Notes: generated from the sequence alone by a model not told the origin. 64,000 nt of DNA from Paraphysomonas bandaiensis (GCA_965644295.1 CBFFRP010000241.1:124001-188000); one strand, 5' to 3'; positions 23,701-37,896 are shown, numbered from the stretch's first letter. Numbers and translations are program-made.

Positions 23701-26700
23701 AACTACCGGCCTATAAATTGGCAGTTGATACCACTTACACATTTGTTGTTGACGTCCTGGCAGTTGATATAAATGCAATACAGTCCCGATATAGTACTAA
23801 AGTGAAAGTTGTTCGCTCCCATGTGGAGGCGGTTATATCTGGTGGCGATTACAGAGTTGTGTCTGCATATGAAAACTTTACGTTGGATGGCTCTGCTAGT
23901 TCTGATAAAGACTACCCTTCGAGCCCATTGACAGCTGTAGCTTGGAGTTGTATGGAGTTATCCCCAAATTTTGGTGATATATGTGACATACAGTTTTCCT
24001 CAAATAAAGTGCAGCAGATAGACACGAGAGGTCTTATCCAGAACAATGTTAATACTGAGAGAATGTTTCGTTTTGGATTGCGTGTGACGGGGTATGATGG
24101 TCTATATAGCACTGCATCTGTAACTGTAAGAGTCACTCCAGCATTCATTCCTCTTGTAGTGATAAAAGAAGTACAGCCAAAGTATAGTGTTTCACAGGGT
24201 TTCATATTATCATGTGACATTTTATCATCAAATTCAACTATAGCGCAATGGAATAGCACAGACGTTGCCCTTCAAAGCATATCCAGTACTCCTCTTGTAC
24301 GATTTGTTCACACAAAGAATATATTTACATTTCAACTTGGTATTACTGCCAACAGTTTGTCTGCAGGGTCGTCATATTCTTTCCAGTTTCTTGTTTCTGA
24401 GCCATTGCATAATTTAACTTTTTTACAAGTCGCTCAAGTTACGGTCATAATGAATGAACCACCATCAGGTGGTAAGCTGGATATATTTCCTTCCGAAGGG
24501 TATGCTTTAAACACTACTTTTGTTCTTGATGCAATGAATTGGGACGATGATCCTGAAGATTTCCCCCTGAAGTATGTATTCAGCTCGTACAACGAGGATC
24601 CTTCCAAACAATATGTACTGAAGACTGCAAGTTATATTCCTTCAGTGAAGACATTTATTCCTCAAGGCATTGAATCTTTGGAGTACTCAGCTGTCTGCGT
24701 CTGCACTGTATACGACATTTATCGTAGCGAAGCCACAGCGAATAGTTCAGTATATGTGTGGCCTGCAGGTGCTGACCTACTTGTGGTCAGTGTCAATATG
24801 CAATTGGATGAAGCTCTAGCTCTATTTGATGCGAATTCTGTTCTCAGTATCGCTAGTTCAGCAGCTGAAGTGTTAAATACAGTGAACTGCTCGCTCGCCC
24901 CTGATTGTGCGTCTCTTAATCGTCTCCCATGCAAAGACACACCACATACTTGTGGCGAGTGTGCTTCAGGAGGATATGTAGGGATTAGTGGAGCCTCAAA
25001 TGAAAAGTGTTTTGAGCTGAGTTCTATAAAAGGGTTTTCTGAGGATTGCTTAGATGATTCGATGTGTTTAACTGGAGCATGTGTGAACAATACCTGTGGT
25101 TACAAAAGGAAGCAGTGTGCATCCAATTGCTCCCAGCATGGTGTATGCGAGTTTTACTATTACAATGGCACAGCATTTTCGACTGTGACTAATACAGTCG
25201 GTGAAAATGCTTCCACAGAGAAACTGGAGTGTACAACTGGAGATTTTTATTGCTATGCGAAATGTACGTGTGACTATGGTTACTATGGTAAATCTTGTAC
25301 CTTAGATGAAGACGCTTTCGAATTAGCTATCAATGTGAAAAACTCAATGTGCAATGGCATTTACCAATCAATGTTTATTGAAGATACGTCGTCATCTGAT
25401 GTCATCTACTCACGTGCCCGTACCGTTACCGATTTGCTACATGATGTCAGTGTACTGTCGGAGTCGGCATTGCTCAATTGCACGGCGGTATTGACCACCA
25501 CTGTGTTTAATCATTTTGAGCTTCTCAATACTGATAGTGTGAACAGTGCAGTATTGCAGGCGCTGTCCAATATTGCCGCTTTAGGAAGTTCTCTAGACGA
25601 TGATGTTCTGAACGACGTTTCTGATGCGGTTTCTCTAATGATTTTCAGTCGACAGGAATATATTGCAGCGGGAAACAGCGAGTTGAATTCTATTTCATCG
25701 AATATTCGATTTATTTCACACAAGATGTATGGCGAAGATATCGTTAACAACACCTTTTTATCTCCTCTGTCATCTTATGAAGCAGCTATCGGTACTCTGA
25801 ATTCGACGGAATTGGTGATAAACTCTCTAGACTACTCAGTAGAGGAAGTTTACGGAACATCTGTGATTCAAAACTCAGCAATGAGATCAGACGATAATTT
25901 TAGTGCAGCATCTCAACCTGTTCAAATTGATATTCACGACTATTCAACTATTCTTGGGGAATCTAGGCGACTGTCGTCGAAGCCACAATCCGTGACTGTT
26001 GTTTTTCCGAACTATTTCCCGCTGGAGTACGTATCAGCCAATATTTCTACAGGAATTGTTAAGTGTCGATTATCATCGAACAAGAAGAGTTTTCATGTTG
26101 AAGTGACTTGTAATGCAGCCCCTGGTGGAGTTCCCGAAACAGTGCAGGCTGTGAACTGTCCTGGTGACCGCTTGGCTGATGTGACATACGCATGTCCTAG
26201 CTATTCGTCGTATCCCCAGTGCGTTACATATGATGGTTATTCTTTTTCTGTTGACCCTGCCTGCACTGTCCAATCTTACACGTCTACAACTATAACCTGC
26301 TCCTGCGTCCGAGGTGGAGAAATCAGCGCTAGAAACCGCCAACGGAGAACATTGTCGGATTCAGTAACTACATACACTGTAACATTAGCGTCAGAAAAGG
26401 GTGTGACAGAAACGGACTTTCAGACTTCGTATATGTTTATTCCACTGTACTACAATAGTACTCCTGACCTTGTAGTAGTTTTATCAGTATCATGTTTCTT
26501 CGTAATGGGTATTCTGGTTAGCGCGTCATTTATGTTTATGAAACTGGCTCAGAACGATGTTATGAAACGGGGAAAATCGGACAAAGGATATTCGGCAGGC
26601 ACATTTTTTGAAACCGCTATTCCTTTAGAGTTTTCTGATAACAAGTGGTCAAAGATATTTGTTCAGAAACTTCAAGATATACATGTACTCTTCAGCATCG

Positions 26701-29700
26701 TACACAAAGCCAGTGATAGATGTTTAAAGTGCTGTAAACTTTTCTCTCATATATTTACGTTTGTATTTGTAAACACTGTTTATGCAAATGTATTTTACGA
26801 TGATAGAAATCTATGCGAGCAGATATCAGATATGCATGATTGCTTGACGGTACGAAAAAGTCGAATATTTGGAAGCGAATATTCTGCATGCAAATGGAAT
26901 AAAAAGGATGACGTGTGCACTTATAACCCACCCCAGCTTAGCTATCGGGGAGTTGTTGTGGCGTCAGCCGTAGTTCTTGTGACTTCAATTTTGATAAACA
27001 TATTCATTGAATTAGCATGGGAAAGAGTATATGTTTACGTAATCTCTGAGAATACTTTTCATCGGAAAACCAAATCCAGTCGGGTGTATGTCACTGATGA
27101 TGAATTTTGTGACATGGATACTCCTAAGCGGAACATTCTTAGTATTGAGAGTGGAACAACTGAAAAGTGCTATACTTGTATGTGCGATGAGCTAAGTGAT
27201 TGGCAAAACACACGATCGAAGATGGCTATTGCATTGCGTTTATTTACTCTAAATGCTATCAGTTGTCAGCTGGGTGATCCGAAGAAAATATCTTCGAAAT
27301 CGAATAAATATCATGGAAGTCGTGCCAGCAAATATGCAGACATGTCTCCTGAGCCGCGCGCGTTGCAATCTAATGTATCGTATTCCCGGTCTCTGTCACG
27401 CCAGTTTGGAGAGCGAAATATGAGTATATTGGCAGATGATGATAGCGATAGCAGTGGTGGACATGATATGCAAGCTCATACATCGTCTGTAAAAGGTGGT
27501 CGTACTCCCGAATGTAATCAACTGAAGCGAAATCTCTGTATATCTGACAGACAGCATTCCTCCTCGGTAGGTCGGCACCGAGGGGACTCCGATGTGTATA
27601 TAGAGAGTGATGCGGATGATGCACATGGGAGTTCAACTCCGAATTTAGAAACTCAAGGCTTGCAGCTCCACCTTGAAGAAGAAATGCATGGTGGGCCATT
27701 AAATGGCGACGAAAACGATAGGGATTTGACGACACTCAGACGTCAACTGACATCGCAGCTCAGTCAGCTGACAAATATCATGCACGGACTGCCCGTTGAC
27801 GAAACGGACTCCTTTTCACCTCACCTAGATACTCCAGAAAATGGTGATAGCTGTGACGAAAATTATCGTAGTCATGGTGACGTTGCAGTCAAAGACGAGG
27901 TCAGTTATTGTGAAAATGACATGTCCAGTTCAAAGTGTCCCCCATCTACTTCTCAGGTGTTGAATCCCAGTTCATTGACTGACAAACCCAATTTAGGTCG
28001 AGGGACAAATTCGAAAGAATCTCAACATGTGCTGGATGTTGACGGTATTACAAGAGGAGATCATTCTCCATCAAATTCTACACTCCCAGTGAAATTCAGA
28101 CTGGGTAGTGATGTTGAAAGCTTTGTGAGTAAGGTATCAACTCGAACGGAATTAGGTGTTAATAGCCAAGACTATTCGAGAAATCGTATGTGTGCACACG
28201 AGCTCAAGGTAGAGATTGAACGAATAAGTGATTCTGATTACAAACAAATTCATCTCTTTCGGACTTTTCTCGTTTACGCACTTCCGCCAAGCAGAAGATC
28301 CATAGCAGAGCGGTTTTTACTTGGTCCCAGTGTGTTGGACAAGCACAAGTGCCCGAATTCCAGGGAGTTCAATATTGTTTTTTTTGGCCTTATACTTTAC
28401 TTTGCTGTAACTATATGTTATATGCTCTTGTATGGGGTTCATATGGATCGGAATGCTGTCAGGGTGTGGTCAATTATTCTCGGTGTTGTGGTAGTCCAAA
28501 AGTTAATTATGATTGATACCATAATGGTGTATTTGATTCATGTCGTTGTGGCAACATCAGTTAAACATGATATTCTGCGTCTGTGTTATCGTTTAAAGCG
28601 ACATGGATACGCTATTATGAACAGGTGCACACTGAGCTTCAAGGTGCTGAACAGTGAAACTCAATTCAGTAATCCGGCATGCATTGTAGCCAGACAGTTC
28701 CCTGAATACCCTTTATGTAGGCTATTGATTCAGTTGAATGACTGGGATTTGCCTTCGGTGTATAACCCTCCTAGCTTATACCAAAAAACAGAGTTTTTCA
28801 TTTTGTATGGATTTTTCATTCTTGGTTCCAGACTTCCGATTGTTGTCAACAAATTTTTTATTGAGGTGTTGATCGTTTCCGCTCTAGGCGTTGTTTTTGC
28901 TGTGATTCCTCAGATTAGGGTTGTTCATTTCTCGTACTTGGTGATTGTAGCTCTAGTGTTATTTGTGTTTTTGCTGATTGTGTATTATGAGTTTTTTAAG
29001 AAGGAAAGGAAACCGAGTGCACCGCAGTCGTCCCTATCGCCGTTAAGATCACCGCATCGCAGTGCAATTCGCCATGACTCCGGGTTACGGAGTGGAAAAT
29101 CAGGGGGCTCGAGTGCAGTATCAAACAACGTGAGTAGACGGCTGAGTTTCAGCGGTGATGCAAAGGTACATGATGATATCAGCTCACCAGTGAACTTCGA
29201 AGTTCATAGCCCGCCAGTAAGTTCTTCGTTCAAGCTAAGACTTCATCGATCTGAAGATGAAAAGAATGACGATCTTAAAGATCTGAGGGCCAGCGAGAGT
29301 AAATTACTCGGAGCTTTTACAAATTTAGAGAAGTTCATAGCAGATTCGAGTCATTCTCCTTCGTTGGACGTTGAAATGAAACAAAATCAATACAGTACTG
29401 GTCATGGTATTTCTCTTCGGACACCACATGATATGGCCAGAACACCGAGCGTTGACGGAGGGAGCAAAAGTTGTGAAAACGATTCTGAACGTCATTCAGA
29501 TAATGATTCATGTGTCAGTGACATGATTGTTGATAAAGAAGTAACCACAGAAGATGTCAGTAACGTTTTGATTAAGTCAAAGCTGACAGAACAAATTCGA
29601 GAGGCTAGAAGGCTATCTTTAGAGCTCCGCCAACAAAAACTAATCAGAGCTCAGTCACTTCAAGAAAGACTAGAGAAAAAGAAATCTTCAAGACGAAAAG

Positions 29701-31853
29701 AACTTCTCAGCACAGGTGTCGACAAAGAGGAAGCTGTTATCAAAACTGAAGTTGAAATATCTCAAGAAGAGTCCAAAACTGAGGCCGAAATTGATTTGTT
29801 TTTGTCGGAACTACTAAAGACAAAAACTGCCGACATTAAACGAGAGCTTGTTAAAGTTTATGAAGAAGAGATTTCCAAAATTGCTGCCGATGCAGAGAGA
29901 GAGAGACAGGAGCGTATCATTGCACTTGAAAATAAAATGAACAAGGAACGACAGGCGCATATACATGGAGATATGGACATCAATGGTATTGGGGCTGCAA
30001 CTGATCACATAGCGCATGGGGAATTGAGCTCGAAAGAAGTTGAGGAGCGTCGTGAGGTTGAGGACGAAATTTTTGAGAAATCGCATCAACAGAGAAAGTC
30101 CTTAATCGAAAGTGTACAGGCTGAGTATATGAAAGCCACGGAGCAGTTACAACATGAACTACTTGAAGACCGAAAGCAGAAAGTTTCCTCTCTTGAATCC
30201 CGGCTTGAGAATAGAAGACAATCAGCAACGACAGAGCTAATTAATATTGGGGTGTCTGAAGAAGACGCGATTATGGCTGCAGAGATAGGGTTACATGATA
30301 CCTTTCAAGAGGAGCTATCAAGAATTGAAACGGTAACCCAGAGTAATGTTGCCGAGATCATGAATGTGATGACTTCTACTCTGGAAGATCTGAAGGAGAG
30401 AAACGCTACACAGGCTGAACAGGACCAATTGCTGTTGGAGGCGCGCCAATTAAAGGTGGAGAAAGAAAACAGAGAGATTGAGCTAAAGAGGGAAAAGGCA
30501 TTGGCGGTTCGGGACTATCTGCGTGCTGACAATGAAGAGAAAGTGAAGCTACGACATCAGTACGAGGAAATAGTTGGAGAAAGTGAATTCAGCGATGTAC
30601 CACACTCAGGGAACTTGGAGGCGGAAAAATCAGAGTCCAATGATGACACGACCCAGATATTTACTGCTACTGACCCTAAAACAGATTTTGGCCTCCGCGA
30701 ACCTCCATCGAATGATGAAATAGTAGACCCCGTTGATGAAAAAGCTTTAATTTCAAAGATTGAGTTCATGATGAGTGATTTTGACAAGAGAAAACAAGAA
30801 GAGGAACAGGAGCTTTTACAACGAGTGGAAAATATGCTCCACGGAACCAATATTGAATATGTTGTTGATGACGATTCGAGAACAACTGAGCTGAATAGTA
30901 GAGAGGATGCCAATAGTGAACCAGAGTTTGAAGACGTCGATCACATCTCATCAGTTGAATTTGATCAGGAGTCTGACGCAGAGGAATATATATTAGAGCG
31001 GCCTTTGATTCATGATTCTCCTGTTCTGAAAACACAAATGTCATCTATGATGTGGAACGATGAATCTTCCTTGAATGATGAAGTTAATTACGAATATTCT
31101 GGAGCAGAGTCCTCTGGTGAAGAAAATTTAGGTAGTAGTGATTCACTGGAGCAGAATTTACATACCATTGTGATGGACAGACCGCTCCGATTTCAGGCAC
31201 CTGTTCTTAGACAATCTAGTTCTAAAGAAATTATATTGATCGACAGACCTGATGTACATGTGGATACAGAAGTGTCCAGAATTTCGTACAGTTGTAATGA
31301 AGTTGTTGATGAAGAGGAGCGCAAAAAGATTAGAAGGAGGTACATTCGAGATATTCAGAAACGTGACAAGAACAAAAGATCCCGTCGGCGTATACGCGTC
31401 ATGACAAATGAATTCGACATGTCTCGCTTGCGTTCACCTAACAAGGAAGAGGAAACAAATCGTGAGGATAAAGAAAGTCCTGTGTCGACAATGCAAAACT
31501 CAACACGTGCTAAAAGTGATATTGAAAAGGCCGTTGATATAAAACATAGCTCGCCTTCTGCAAAACCTGAGAGCAAAATCTTTGCACAGAGGAAGAAAGT
31601 TACAGAACCTCCAAGTTCTGTGGAATCTCCTGGCCACAGCATCAGAGAGAATGAAGGAAGTTTAACTTATCACAGCCCTCTAGACACTGAGCACCAGGAC
31701 ACTTTAGTTAAATTAATGTCGACAGAAGATAGGGAGATAATGCGTTTTCAAGAGGTTGGAAACGCCCTACATCTAGATGATCTGGGAGATAGTGGAGAAG
31801 AGAAAGCTATGGAAGAAGAAAAATTTGTTCCTCACTTGAAGTGGCATACTTAG
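14712..31853 (+). CDS. Giant (5713 aa) polycystin-1/REJ-like membrane protein with PTGQ mucin-like stalk
   Basis: Signal peptide; ~2200 aa of PT(G)Q/E repeats; REJ-like motifs ([25 protein letters not shown]...P.EGYAL.T.F); EGF-like Cys clusters; GPS-like C..TITCSC; about 7-8 TM segments; acidic coiled-coil tail. Confidence 0.8.
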   Translation: MYKPRQWYVVFILFFNLLLIVSPSTLQPTSLLTPQPSICPTSEPSEQPTREPSFQPTSRPTDVPTQPSSLPSSEPTGQPTGFPTGQPSGQPTGYPTGQPTCVPTGEPTGYPTGQPSGLPTCMPTGQPTGQPTGQPTSQPTCYPTGEPTSQPTCQPIGQPTSQPTGQPSSNPTSQPTGQPTGEPSYEPTGEPTGHPTGQPSGQPTGQPTGQPSSDPTGQPTEQPSALPTGQPTCRPTGEPTGQPTGQPIGQPTGQPTALPSGHPTSEPTGEPTGQPTCLPSGMPSSEPTGEPTSQPSSHPTGQPTGLPTGEPTGTPTGHPTRQPTALPSGQPTGEPTGQPTGQPTCRPTGYPSSEPTGEPTLQPTEQPTGKPTRLPTGQPSGQPTGQPTGQPTSQPTVQPTCPPTGQPTGQPTGQPTGEPTSQPTGDPTGEPTEHPTGQPSGQPTGQPTGQPTGQPTGQPTAQPTGQPTGQPSGYPTGQPSGQPTGQPTGEPTGAPTGQPTGEPTAEPTGQPTGKPTRQPTGEPTFQPTGLPTGLPTELPTGQPTGVPTYQPTGQPTGRPTGEPSCQPTGQPTGQPTVGPTGQPTGQPTGQPTGQPTCQPTAQPTGQPTGEPTGQPSGQPTGQPTGEPSGQPTAQPSGQPTCQPTGEPSGQPTGEPTGQPSGQPTAQPTGQPTRHPTGQPTGQPTGEPTGQPSGYPTGQPTGHPTGQPTGLPTGQPTGKPTGQPTGLPTGQPTCQPSSQPTGIPTGQPTGQPTRLPTGLPTGSPTGQPTGQPTGQPTGQPTGQPTGQPTGQPTGQPTGQPTGQPTWEPTGQPTGQPTGQPTGQPTALPTGEPSGQPTGQPTGQPSGHPTGEPTGRPTGQPTGQPTGQPTWEPTGQPTGQPTGEPTGQPTGQPTGQPTCQPTGQPTGQPTGEPTGQPTCQPTGQPTGQPTGQPTGEPTSQPTGQPTGQPTGEPTGQPTGQPTSQPSGQPTGQPTGEPSIQPTGEPTGQPTGQPTGQPTSHPTGEPTGEPTGQPTGLPTGQPTSQPTGEPTRQPTGEPTGQPTGHPTGQPTGQPSGQPTGLPTGQPTGQPTGEPTGQPTGQPTGQPTVHPTGQPTGEPTGEPTGQPSGLPTGQPTGHPTGQPSGKPTGQPTGQPTGQPTGKPSGKPTGQPTGQPTGQPTGEPTGQPTGQPTGQPTGQPTGQPTGQPSGQPTGEPTGQPTGQPTGEPTGQPTGQPTGQPTGQPTGQPTGQPTGEPTGQPTGQPTGQPTGQPTGEPSGLPTGQPTGEPTGQPTGQPTGEPTGQPTGQPSGHPTGQPTGQPTGQPTGEPTGQPTGQPTGQPTGQPTGQPTGEPTGQPTGEPTGEPTGQPTGQPTGQPTGQPTGHPTGQPTGQPTGQPTGEPTGQPTGQPTGQPTGQPTGQPTGEPTGQPTGEPTGEPTGQPTGQPTGQPTGQPTGQPTGQPTGQPTGQPTGEPTGQPTGQPTGQPTGQPTGEPTGLPTGQPTGEPTGQPTGQPTGEPTGQPTGQPTGQPTGQPTGQPTGQPTGEPTGQPTGQPTGQPTGQPTGQPTGEPTGQPTGEPTGQPTGQPTGQPTGQPTGQPSGHPTGQPTGQPTGQPTGEPTGQPTGQPTGQPTGQPTGQPTGQPSGQPTGEPTGEPTGQPTGEPTGQPTGQPTGQPTGQPTGQPTGQPTGEPTGQPTGQPTGQPTGQPTGQPTGEPTGQPTGEPTGQPTGQPTGQPTGQPTGQPTGQPTGQPTGQPTGQPTGEPTGQPTGQPTGQPTGQPTGQPTGQPTGQPTGEPTGEPTGQPTGEPTGQPTGQPTGEPTGQPTGQPTGQPTGEPTGQPTGQPTGQPTGQPTGQPTGEPTGQPTGEPTGQPTGQPTGQPTGQPTGQPTGQPTGQPTGQPTGQPTGEPTGQPTGQPTGQPTGQPTGQPTGEPTGQPSGQPTGQPTGQPTGQPSGQPTGQPTGQPTGQPTGQPTGQPTGQPSGQPTGQPTGQPTAQPTGEPTGQPTGQPTGQPTGEPTGQPTGQPTGQPSGEPTGQPTGQPTGQPTGQPTGQPTGQPTGQPTGQPTGQPTGQPTGQPTGQPTGQPTGQPTGQPTGQPTGQPTGQPTGQPTGQPTGQPTGQPTGQPTGQPTGQPTGQPTGEPTGQPTGQPTGQPTGQPTGQPTGQPTGQPTGQPTGQPTGQPTGQPTGQPTGQPSGQPTGQPTGQPTGQPTGQPTGQPTGQPTGQPTGQPTGQPTGQPTGQPTGQPTSQPTGEPTGQPTGQPTGQPTGLPTGQPSGWPSSEPSSIPSSAPTKFPTMRPTLSPTVGGKRSTSHPTWRPTRRPTWCPTESPTFAPSIDYSQYAYDEMYTMYTSLDAQDDLAVSFGSFNYKGLDVDSTCSEWPSFQTNAFSIPVDGISVESISVAYGYRSTLESAFHQNIITCADKEVVDIMTDNFLTQKEFYVNCGGNKWRYAKCRSGNYVICINCGTTNRQGCYDYPQTLFHPCYKGNTQETFYSHLTIQLKESILYPQIHGQSINANENSLVVNLNISTNGVLYCSAFRVGDVIPSSVSRIVKDGAQTVVDGNSNVSSISAAVYIDDLDPMTTYSVYCYTEDFSGNSMGIEEVLATRQLANTTCCRRILLSKGVPSIQQYVLGKDEFEFSFTLNSYPQREIRVDIELVAINCGRTYNTTCGVAEAYPSQFTFSPESISLESVFVVRGETGDYNLSISTYSSKLDSDWYHGVYSNLTINPYGSNIAPPRISSAQFSPDGRKILVRFDSATHNGGADTDGFDKDFDCAEVMNFVGISSSQCRWSTSKLLTVYLRYSSNVYVNIGDVLTLYAGVVKAACLDGFVCSDFVANSPQSVVIKKSSSHVIPEVSLSVSGRTISKCSNLLLDPTLSRFKGGSMRPWKSISWTVTGTGGNATAISQLLDTEYSSDTQRTITIPYSMISVGKLTFSLRLQAFWGKSAAVSSTVTVIDDVVAEISILGPAVKSIFRWQVLELFTQTEVSFCSVNGSTNFTAFQYLWSGYKGTKFENTLSSVSNDPRSFKLPAYKLAVDTTYTFVVDVLAVDINAIQSRYSTKVKVVRSHVEAVISGGDYRVVSAYENFTLDGSASSDKDYPSSPLTAVAWSCMELSPNFGDICDIQFSSNKVQQIDTRGLIQNNVNTERMFRFGLRVTGYDGLYSTASVTVRVTPAFIPLVVIKEVQPKYSVSQGFILSCDILSSNSTIAQWNSTDVALQSISSTPLVRFVHTKNIFTFQLGITANSLSAGSSYSFQFLVSEPLHNLTFLQVAQVTVIMNEPPSGGKLDIFPSEGYALNTTFVLDAMNWDDDPEDFPLKYVFSSYNEDPSKQYVLKTASYIPSVKTFIPQGIESLEYSAVCVCTVYDIYRSEATANSSVYVWPAGADLLVVSVNMQLDEALALFDANSVLSIASSAAEVLNTVNCSLAPDCASLNRLPCKDTPHTCGECASGGYVGISGASNEKCFELSSIKGFSEDCLDDSMCLTGACVNNTCGYKRKQCASNCSQHGVCEFYYYNGTAFSTVTNTVGENASTEKLECTTGDFYCYAKCTCDYGYYGKSCTLDEDAFELAINVKNSMCNGIYQSMFIEDTSSSDVIYSRARTVTDLLHDVSVLSESALLNCTAVLTTTVFNHFELLNTDSVNSAVLQALSNIAALGSSLDDDVLNDVSDAVSLMIFSRQEYIAAGNSELNSISSNIRFISHKMYGEDIVNNTFLSPLSSYEAAIGTLNSTELVINSLDYSVEEVYGTSVIQNSAMRSDDNFSAASQPVQIDIHDYSTILGESRRLSSKPQSVTVVFPNYFPLEYVSANISTGIVKCRLSSNKKSFHVEVTCNAAPGGVPETVQAVNCPGDRLADVTYACPSYSSYPQCVTYDGYSFSVDPACTVQSYTSTTITCSCVRGGEISARNRQRRTLSDSVTTYTVTLASEKGVTETDFQTSYMFIPLYYNSTPDLVVVLSVSCFFVMGILVSASFMFMKLAQNDVMKRGKSDKGYSAGTFFETAIPLEFSDNKWSKIFVQKLQDIHVLFSIVHKASDRCLKCCKLFSHIFTFVFVNTVYANVFYDDRNLCEQISDMHDCLTVRKSRIFGSEYSACKWNKKDDVCTYNPPQLSYRGVVVASAVVLVTSILINIFIELAWERVYVYVISENTFHRKTKSSRVYVTDDEFCDMDTPKRNILSIESGTTEKCYTCMCDELSDWQNTRSKMAIALRLFTLNAISCQLGDPKKISSKSNKYHGSRASKYADMSPEPRALQSNVSYSRSLSRQFGERNMSILADDDSDSSGGHDMQAHTSSVKGGRTPECNQLKRNLCISDRQHSSSVGRHRGDSDVYIESDADDAHGSSTPNLETQGLQLHLEEEMHGGPLNGDENDRDLTTLRRQLTSQLSQLTNIMHGLPVDETDSFSPHLDTPENGDSCDENYRSHGDVAVKDEVSYCENDMSSSKCPPSTSQVLNPSSLTDKPNLGRGTNSKESQHVLDVDGITRGDHSPSNSTLPVKFRLGSDVESFVSKVSTRTELGVNSQDYSRNRMCAHELKVEIERISDSDYKQIHLFRTFLVYALPPSRRSIAERFLLGPSVLDKHKCPNSREFNIVFFGLILYFAVTICYMLLYGVHMDRNAVRVWSIILGVVVVQKLIMIDTIMVYLIHVVVATSVKHDILRLCYRLKRHGYAIMNRCTLSFKVLNSETQFSNPACIVARQFPEYPLCRLLIQLNDWDLPSVYNPPSLYQKTEFFILYGFFILGSRLPIVVNKFFIEVLIVSALGVVFAVIPQIRVVHFSYLVIVALVLFVFLLIVYYEFFKKERKPSAPQSSLSPLRSPHRSAIRHDSGLRSGKSGGSSAVSNNVSRRLSFSGDAKVHDDISSPVNFEVHSPPVSSSFKLRLHRSEDEKNDDLKDLRASESKLLGAFTNLEKFIADSSHSPSLDVEMKQNQYSTGHGISLRTPHDMARTPSVDGGSKSCENDSERHSDNDSCVSDMIVDKEVTTEDVSNVLIKSKLTEQIREARRLSLELRQQKLIRAQSLQERLEKKKSSRRKELLSTGVDKEEAVIKTEVEISQEESKTEAEIDLFLSELLKTKTADIKRELVKVYEEEISKIAADAERERQERIIALENKMNKERQAHIHGDMDINGIGAATDHIAHGELSSKEVEERREVEDEIFEKSHQQRKSLIESVQAEYMKATEQLQHELLEDRKQKVSSLESRLENRRQSATTELINIGVSEEDAIMAAEIGLHDTFQEELSRIETVTQSNVAEIMNVMTSTLEDLKERNATQAEQDQLLLEARQLKVEKENREIELKREKALAVRDYLRADNEEKVKLRHQYEEIVGESEFSDVPHSGNLEAEKSESNDDTTQIFTATDPKTDFGLREPPSNDEIVDPVDEKALISKIEFMMSDFDKRKQEEEQELLQRVENMLHGTNIEYVVDDDSRTTELNSREDANSEPEFEDVDHISSVEFDQESDAEEYILERPLIHDSPVLKTQMSSMMWNDESSLNDEVNYEYSGAESSGEENLGSSDSLEQNLHTIVMDRPLRFQAPVLRQSSSKEIILIDRPDVHVDTEVSRISYSCNEVVDEEERKKIRRRYIRDIQKRDKNKRSRRRIRVMTNEFDMSRLRSPNKEEETNREDKESPVSTMQNSTRAKSDIEKAVDIKHSSPSAKPESKIFAQRKKVTEPPSSVESPGHSIRENEGSLTYHSPLDTEHQDTLVKLMSTEDREIMRFQEVGNALHLDDLGDSGEEKAMEEEKFVPHLKWHT
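14826..21500 (+). repeat. Coding 12-bp minisatellite CCN ACN GGN (C/G)AR (~550 PTGQ/PTGE units)
   Basis: Directly visible; degenerate at the edges, homogeneous in the centre. Confidence 0.97.
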
Positions 31854-32668
31854 TGTTAATATGTCATGTATATGTTGGATATTATTGATTGGTATCGCAT
31901 GAGTTTATCATAGCGTGTAAATAGCGTGTTTTATACATGTGACCAATAATTATAAGTAAGAAATATCGAATAATATTGTTTTTAAGCGGAGAAGAATATC
32001 TACCCTTTTATTCTTGGTTCAAGGCTCAATAAAGTAGTCATATCTTTCTATTGAAGATTTATAAAACAAGTTTAAATTTATTTACATGTTTATATAACTC
32101 CAACTTTGTCTATAATACTCATCGAGTTTTCATTATTGTTTATCAATATTTTATTATTTATTATCTACATTTCTAACTTAAAGAATGATGAGCTTTATTA
32201 TTTAGATTAATTAGTGTATATCTTTCTCGGAATCTCATAGCACATGTTGGTTTCATAGATTAGGAAGTTCTTTTCTCAAGAAATTGGTTAGATATTGAAT
32301 AATGATAAATAAAACCTTTTCCAAGGTGATATAGTAATATTTACGGGTTGTAAGGAAGCTATGTCTTCCCGAAAGCGAAAAGGCTGAGTTTTGGCAAGGG
32401 ACGATACTCCTATTGCATGTTATATTAGTAGGCAGGGCCAGTCAACAATATATTATTGGATTGCAATACAAACATTGCAGTTACTTATTTTTGCTTATAT
32501 TGATTATTATTTTAGCAAAATATACCCTCGCAATATTTTGCTAATGCTAGTGTGCCTAAGAAAATATACTCGATTAATCATAAACTACTCTTCATAATCA
32601 CATAGCTCATCTACTGTATTTTAACATCGAACAATTACGATAACTACCTGCAACGTAGAACGCTATTC

Positions 32669-32987
32669 TGTCAAGGTTTGACATTATATGAGAAGTATTA
32701 ACTTAACAACAGAAGGTAACTTATACTCAAAGCTGAGAATTATAAATTATAATCAATGTCTCTTATCATTCATCAATATCATGTTGTCTCCACTACCACT
32801 CATTTCTCGTACGACGATCTTACATCGTCACTACAACTTGCATCGTCACAATATTCCGTTTTACCGCTATGTGCTTATCGTCATTCATTCTCACAATACG
32901 ATTAACAAGACTACAACTGTATAATACAGTAATTTAAATACCTTATAACTACAGCTTTCAATTGCTCTCATATAGCAGAACTCAACA
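32669..32987 (-). repeat. 3' LTR of copia 1
   Basis: Direct repeat of 37881-38199; adjacent PPT at 32988-32996. Confidence 0.95.
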
Positions 32988-33130
32988 CTCCCTCTCAATT
33001 CAAAGCTGTAGATAGACTCTTCACATCACAAAACATAACTGACGGATACGCAACCACCGAAACCAAACAGGACAAACAGGTGGACGTATGACTCCGACAT
33101 TTCAGCTAGTCTCACAGTACAGTCAACTGA

Positions 33131-36100
33131 TCACTTACGTCGTTTGAACGTCTTTTCTCTAATAACCTCAACAGATGATTTTCGATCCTCTCCTAGGCAT
33201 CTCTTCCTGTGTTTCTCGAAAGTTACACCACACAACGATTTCGTGAATATGTCTGCTGTCTGATCATCTGTTCCAACGTGGTACAATATGGCAGTGTTAA
33301 AGAGGCCATCTGGATCTACGTGTTCCCTAACCCAATGGTATTTGATCTCGATGTGTTTTGAACGCTTATGGAACACCGGATTCAATGCTAAGTCACGAGC
33401 ACTCTGGCTATCCAAGAAAAATGGTGTGGGTTCGCGTAGACGAAGTCCTAATTCGTCCAACACCCCCGAAGCCATACCAGTTCTTGCATGCCAGCATACA
33501 TAGCCTGATACTCACTTTGCATTGATGACGTTGAAACGGTAGCCTGTAAAATGGACTGCCAGATAAGTGGTCCACCGGCGGCAAATACTATGTATCCAGT
33601 CGTAGATCGGCGTGACACCACATCGCCAGCCCAGTCTGCATCAGTAAAGATGTGCATGTCGAAATGCTTACTACTGAACCGAATACCCTTTCGAACTGTA
33701 CCCCTAACGTACTGCAATAGGTACGTCATTAAATAACATGTAGCCCGGGTAGGCTTAGATGCATATCTAGATAACAAACCAACTGCATATGCAATATCAG
33801 GGCGAGTATTCATAGATAGATATAACATGGCACCCAGTAGGCTGCGATAAGGATAATTATCTACTCCCTCTTTCTCCTCAGGTGTGAGATCGCTGTCTGC
33901 TTGATTAATTCTGTCCATTGCATCGAGGGGTAGCGGCGACTTTCGGATTTTTGATGAGGGACCGAGGAAATCAGCGAATTTGAGAAGAATTTTCTCCGCA
34001 TATGTCTGCTGATCCAGCTGAATGAAATCCTGTCCTCGCGTGACACGAACATTCAGGAAATGTTCAACGGCTCCCATATCCGTCATGTCGAATCGTTCGC
34101 AGAATCTAGCTTTTATTTCTGTAATAATATTAAGGTCAGCACATGCGATGACGATGTCATCCACATATATGGTGAGATACACTTTATGACCTTTATATAC
34201 AGCATGATACAAGCAAGGTTCTAACACACACGGTCGAAATCCCAAGGATTTGATGAACTTGTTTATGGTTTTCCACCATGATCGTGGTGAACTACGGAGT
34301 CCATATAGAGATTTCTTCAATTTAAAACAATGTCCAGGTGGAAGTTGAAAATCTGGAGTAGGATTCATGTAAACGTCGCCTTCAATATCGGCATAACAGA
34401 ACGCACTGGAGACATCGAGTTGATGCACAAACATACTGAACACAAGAGCCAACGCCAGAATCAACCGAACAGATATACTCTTGACTACAGGGGCAAATGT
34501 GTTGTCCACATCGACGCCAGATTGTTGACCGTACCCAAGTGCTACAAGTCGTGCTTTATGCTTCTTGATGGAGCCATCCTTATTGTACTTTCGCTTATAT
34601 ACGTAACGAGATTTAAGAGGTCGTGCATCAGGCGGAGTTTCTACTACTTCAAACACTTCACGCTGAAAAAGTGCATTCCGTTCTAATCTGCGCGCCTCCT
34701 TCCATTTGTCTGCATCACTACACTGAAGAGACTCTTCGTATGACTCAGGCTCCCTATAATCAGACGGGTCAGTAATCAATGAGTCATCACTTGCCTTACA
34801 CATATTAACGGCATCTTCCCCACACAGGAAGTTGATTTCACCCAGAGTAGACACGTTGGTCATCACTCTTTGGGTTCGTACCCTCTTGCTTATAGCAGCT
34901 GGCGGGTTAGCAGTTTGACTACTAGGGACACACACACTTGTCTCTCTAGACGAAGTGCTCACGCTTCTCTCGGGTAAGGCACATGGAGTCTGCTCACTCC
35001 CTGATGAGTCATCTGCCGTAGACTGTTTGGGTGTCCCACCCCCAGCCGGCATCGATCGCTCCTCACCACCTGCCCCATCGTCACGGGTCGCAGGATTTTC
35101 GTGCCACCTGCGCAAATTATACGACTGAGTTAGTTTCACTACATCAGCTATATGTATCGGAGTCTTCTCCTCCAACTGCTCTCTACCAGCAGTTACTAAG
35201 GCTCTATAAGCCACGATCAAACCTTTCCGAACCACGACTCTCGTAGTCCTAAACAGGAAACCCTCATCGGTATGGTAAGATCCAATCAAATGGTTGAACT
35301 CTTCAACCTGTCGAGCCTGGGGATCATGTTTAACTAACGCAGCCTCCAGCTCCTCGAAATACTCCTTCTCTCTGGGGGGAATGCTTTCGTCGAATAACAC
35401 ATGTATTGACACAACTTCGGACTCTCCTAGCCATATTCTGTATCCCCTCTTCTTTTTGGAGAGACCTAAAAAATATCCAATCTGCGATTTGCCTTGCCAA
35501 TTTTTTCGACGATCACCCCTGGGAGTCTTCACATAAGCTTTACACCCCCATCGACGCAAACTGGATAAATCTGGAACAGAACCCCCAGGTACACACTCCA
35601 TGGGAGACATCCATCCGCGATAGGTCCGAGTGGGCATCATGCGAATAATTTCAGATGCATATACGTAGGCATCCCACCAGAATGGAACTGGGAATCCAGC
35701 ATCTGACAGCATTGCAAGAGTCATCTCTCCCGCGGTTCGAAAGCGTCTCTCAGACACGCCATTCATCTCAGGTGAGTCTGTAGAGCTCCACGTAATTGAG
35801 GCGCCAAACTTGCTGTGAAGATACTCCTGAATAGACTTATCAATGAGTTCGGCTCCCCCGTCGGCATGATACACAGATAGTCGATGAACTCCTGGATACT
35901 TGGGTAGAAGAACCTCGACCCAATTCCTAATGTGCTCCAACACTTCACTTGCGGTCCGAGTTTTCAACGGAAACTCCCAGCATTCCTTGGTGGCCACATC
36001 TGTCAACGCTAATACATACCGGTATCCCTGTCGAGAAGGACAATTGAAATATACTCCTATATCGACAGTTACTTTTTCCAGAAACCTTGTCGCCTGTAGC

Positions 36101-37896
36101 TCTTCATCACTCTTCCCAGGAAACGAGATTCTGGTAATCTTCGACTTTGCACAGGCTTTGCAGATACCCTTGGTTTTCTGAAGACTCTTCTTACTCAGAT
36201 GAGATCTGTTGAGGCCACTCCCTGTGAACAACCGATGTTTGAAAGCTTCTAATAGCTTGCGCTTGCTGACATGCCCGCATCGCTTGTGAAGCAATTCCAG
36301 AGGGTCTTCATTTGTTTTATCCGATAGATGTACTTCTGCAGCTAAACTCGTCAAGTCAGGTAACTCCAACAAGTCCTTTAGATCAACGAAGGGCATTCCA
36401 TTATCTGAATACCTAGCTTCAAGAACAACTTCTGCATTATCCAATCGCACTATTTTTGGGGTCTCTAGCAGCTGAAGTCCATATCCAAGCGTACGAAGCA
36501 TCCCTCCCGAACAAATATTCTTGACTGAGTCGGGGCATACCTTTAATTTTGTCCAGTCACCATAGTTGCCTGAGCCAGTATATCGTAAGCTGGATCCCGC
36601 TTTGGTTGTCTGAATGGTCCCTTCGTCTGCAACAAATGTCTGTAGAATATCACTGTTCTTGATGATGAAGAGTTGTTTCGACGCGCAGCTGTCTAGAAAT
36701 ACAATGTCTTCAGAAGTATGCAGCACCTCATCTGCAACATTCACTTCTAAGTTACTCGATTCATCATATAACAACATGTGCACAGAATCATCCTCTTGCT
36801 CGTCTCTTTGAAGATAACGATTCCAGTCCGAGCTCTTTTTGATGGGCCTTTCCATCGTACCGTTTTTTTCGGAAAAATGTCGTTTTTTGTTAACAGAATC
36901 CTCCGCTTTCCTTGTTTTTCGAACTTGAGCTCGATGTCTGCATTCATGAGCTCGATGTCCAGATACGCCACACACAAAGCATCCATCATCATCAGCGCCA
37001 TTCTTTGACTTACTTCTTTTGGATTCTGCTTGTTGGCTTCGATGCTTGTTTTTACCATTGCGCTTCATTTGGGAGATCTTCAGATCTTTCTTCTTCATCC
37101 AGCAGTTCTTCTGCGTGTGACCTCGTTTTCCACATTTAGAGTATGAGCATGTTACCTCTTGATCAGAAGAATTCCAATGTACTTCCGGTGCAGAAGACTC
37201 CTGTGGTAGACCCTTTGCCTGGTCGAAGCGCCTACAAATGGTGATCATCTCATTAAATGAAATATCACCTTTCAGGTAGATGTTTGTGTACAGCTGCTCC
37301 AGATCCTTCCTCGTTTCCAGCGCAGTCTGCAGCTTCGTTTTTTTGGATACGTCAGTTGGCGGCTCACCAAGTTCCGTCATTTTTTGGACAATTCCGTTCA
37401 GTCGATCAATGGCTGTACACACCAGCTCCCCCTGTAGAATTCTAAATGACGCAAACTGTTTATTCAGTTCCACCAATTCGTACTGGGTTTCCCCACGAAA
37501 TCTAATAACCAATTTATTTACCAATTCACTTGCTAACATCTCCTTATCAGGATCATCAGGTGGAAGCATGTCCTTCTCTCGGAAGTATTGATCAACAATC
37601 TCAAGCGCCTCCGCAACAGGTTGAACAGCTTCGAAGATGGAACTGATGCAGGTGTCTTTTCTCTCCAACCACTTGTCGAGGTCTTCCTTATACTTGTTTT
37701 TCACAGCTGTGGACGCATTGTCAGCAGGTCGATGCGGTCGCTCTTCCAACCCAAGATGGTTCCGATTCTTTCTCATAAGCCAAACTCTCAATCGCTTCGT
37801 CCAGTTCACAACACCGAACTGATCGAACTTCGGAAGGTGTTTCCATTCCGAACTACTTGCGGAACTACCGTCTGCTACCATGTCAAGGTTTGACAT
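33131..37896 (-). CDS. Copia gag-pol polyprotein with a -1 frameshift in RNase H
   Basis: Two zinc knuckles, protease LDSCAS, integrase HHCC/DDE, RT YVDD, RNase H DADWAG in order PR-IN-RT-RH; frame break at C run 33463-33467. Confidence 0.92.

Noticed and set aside
32688-32924. Identical 78-aa ORFs at 32688 and 37900
   Set aside because: Antisense reading of the duplicated LTR; no coding evidence
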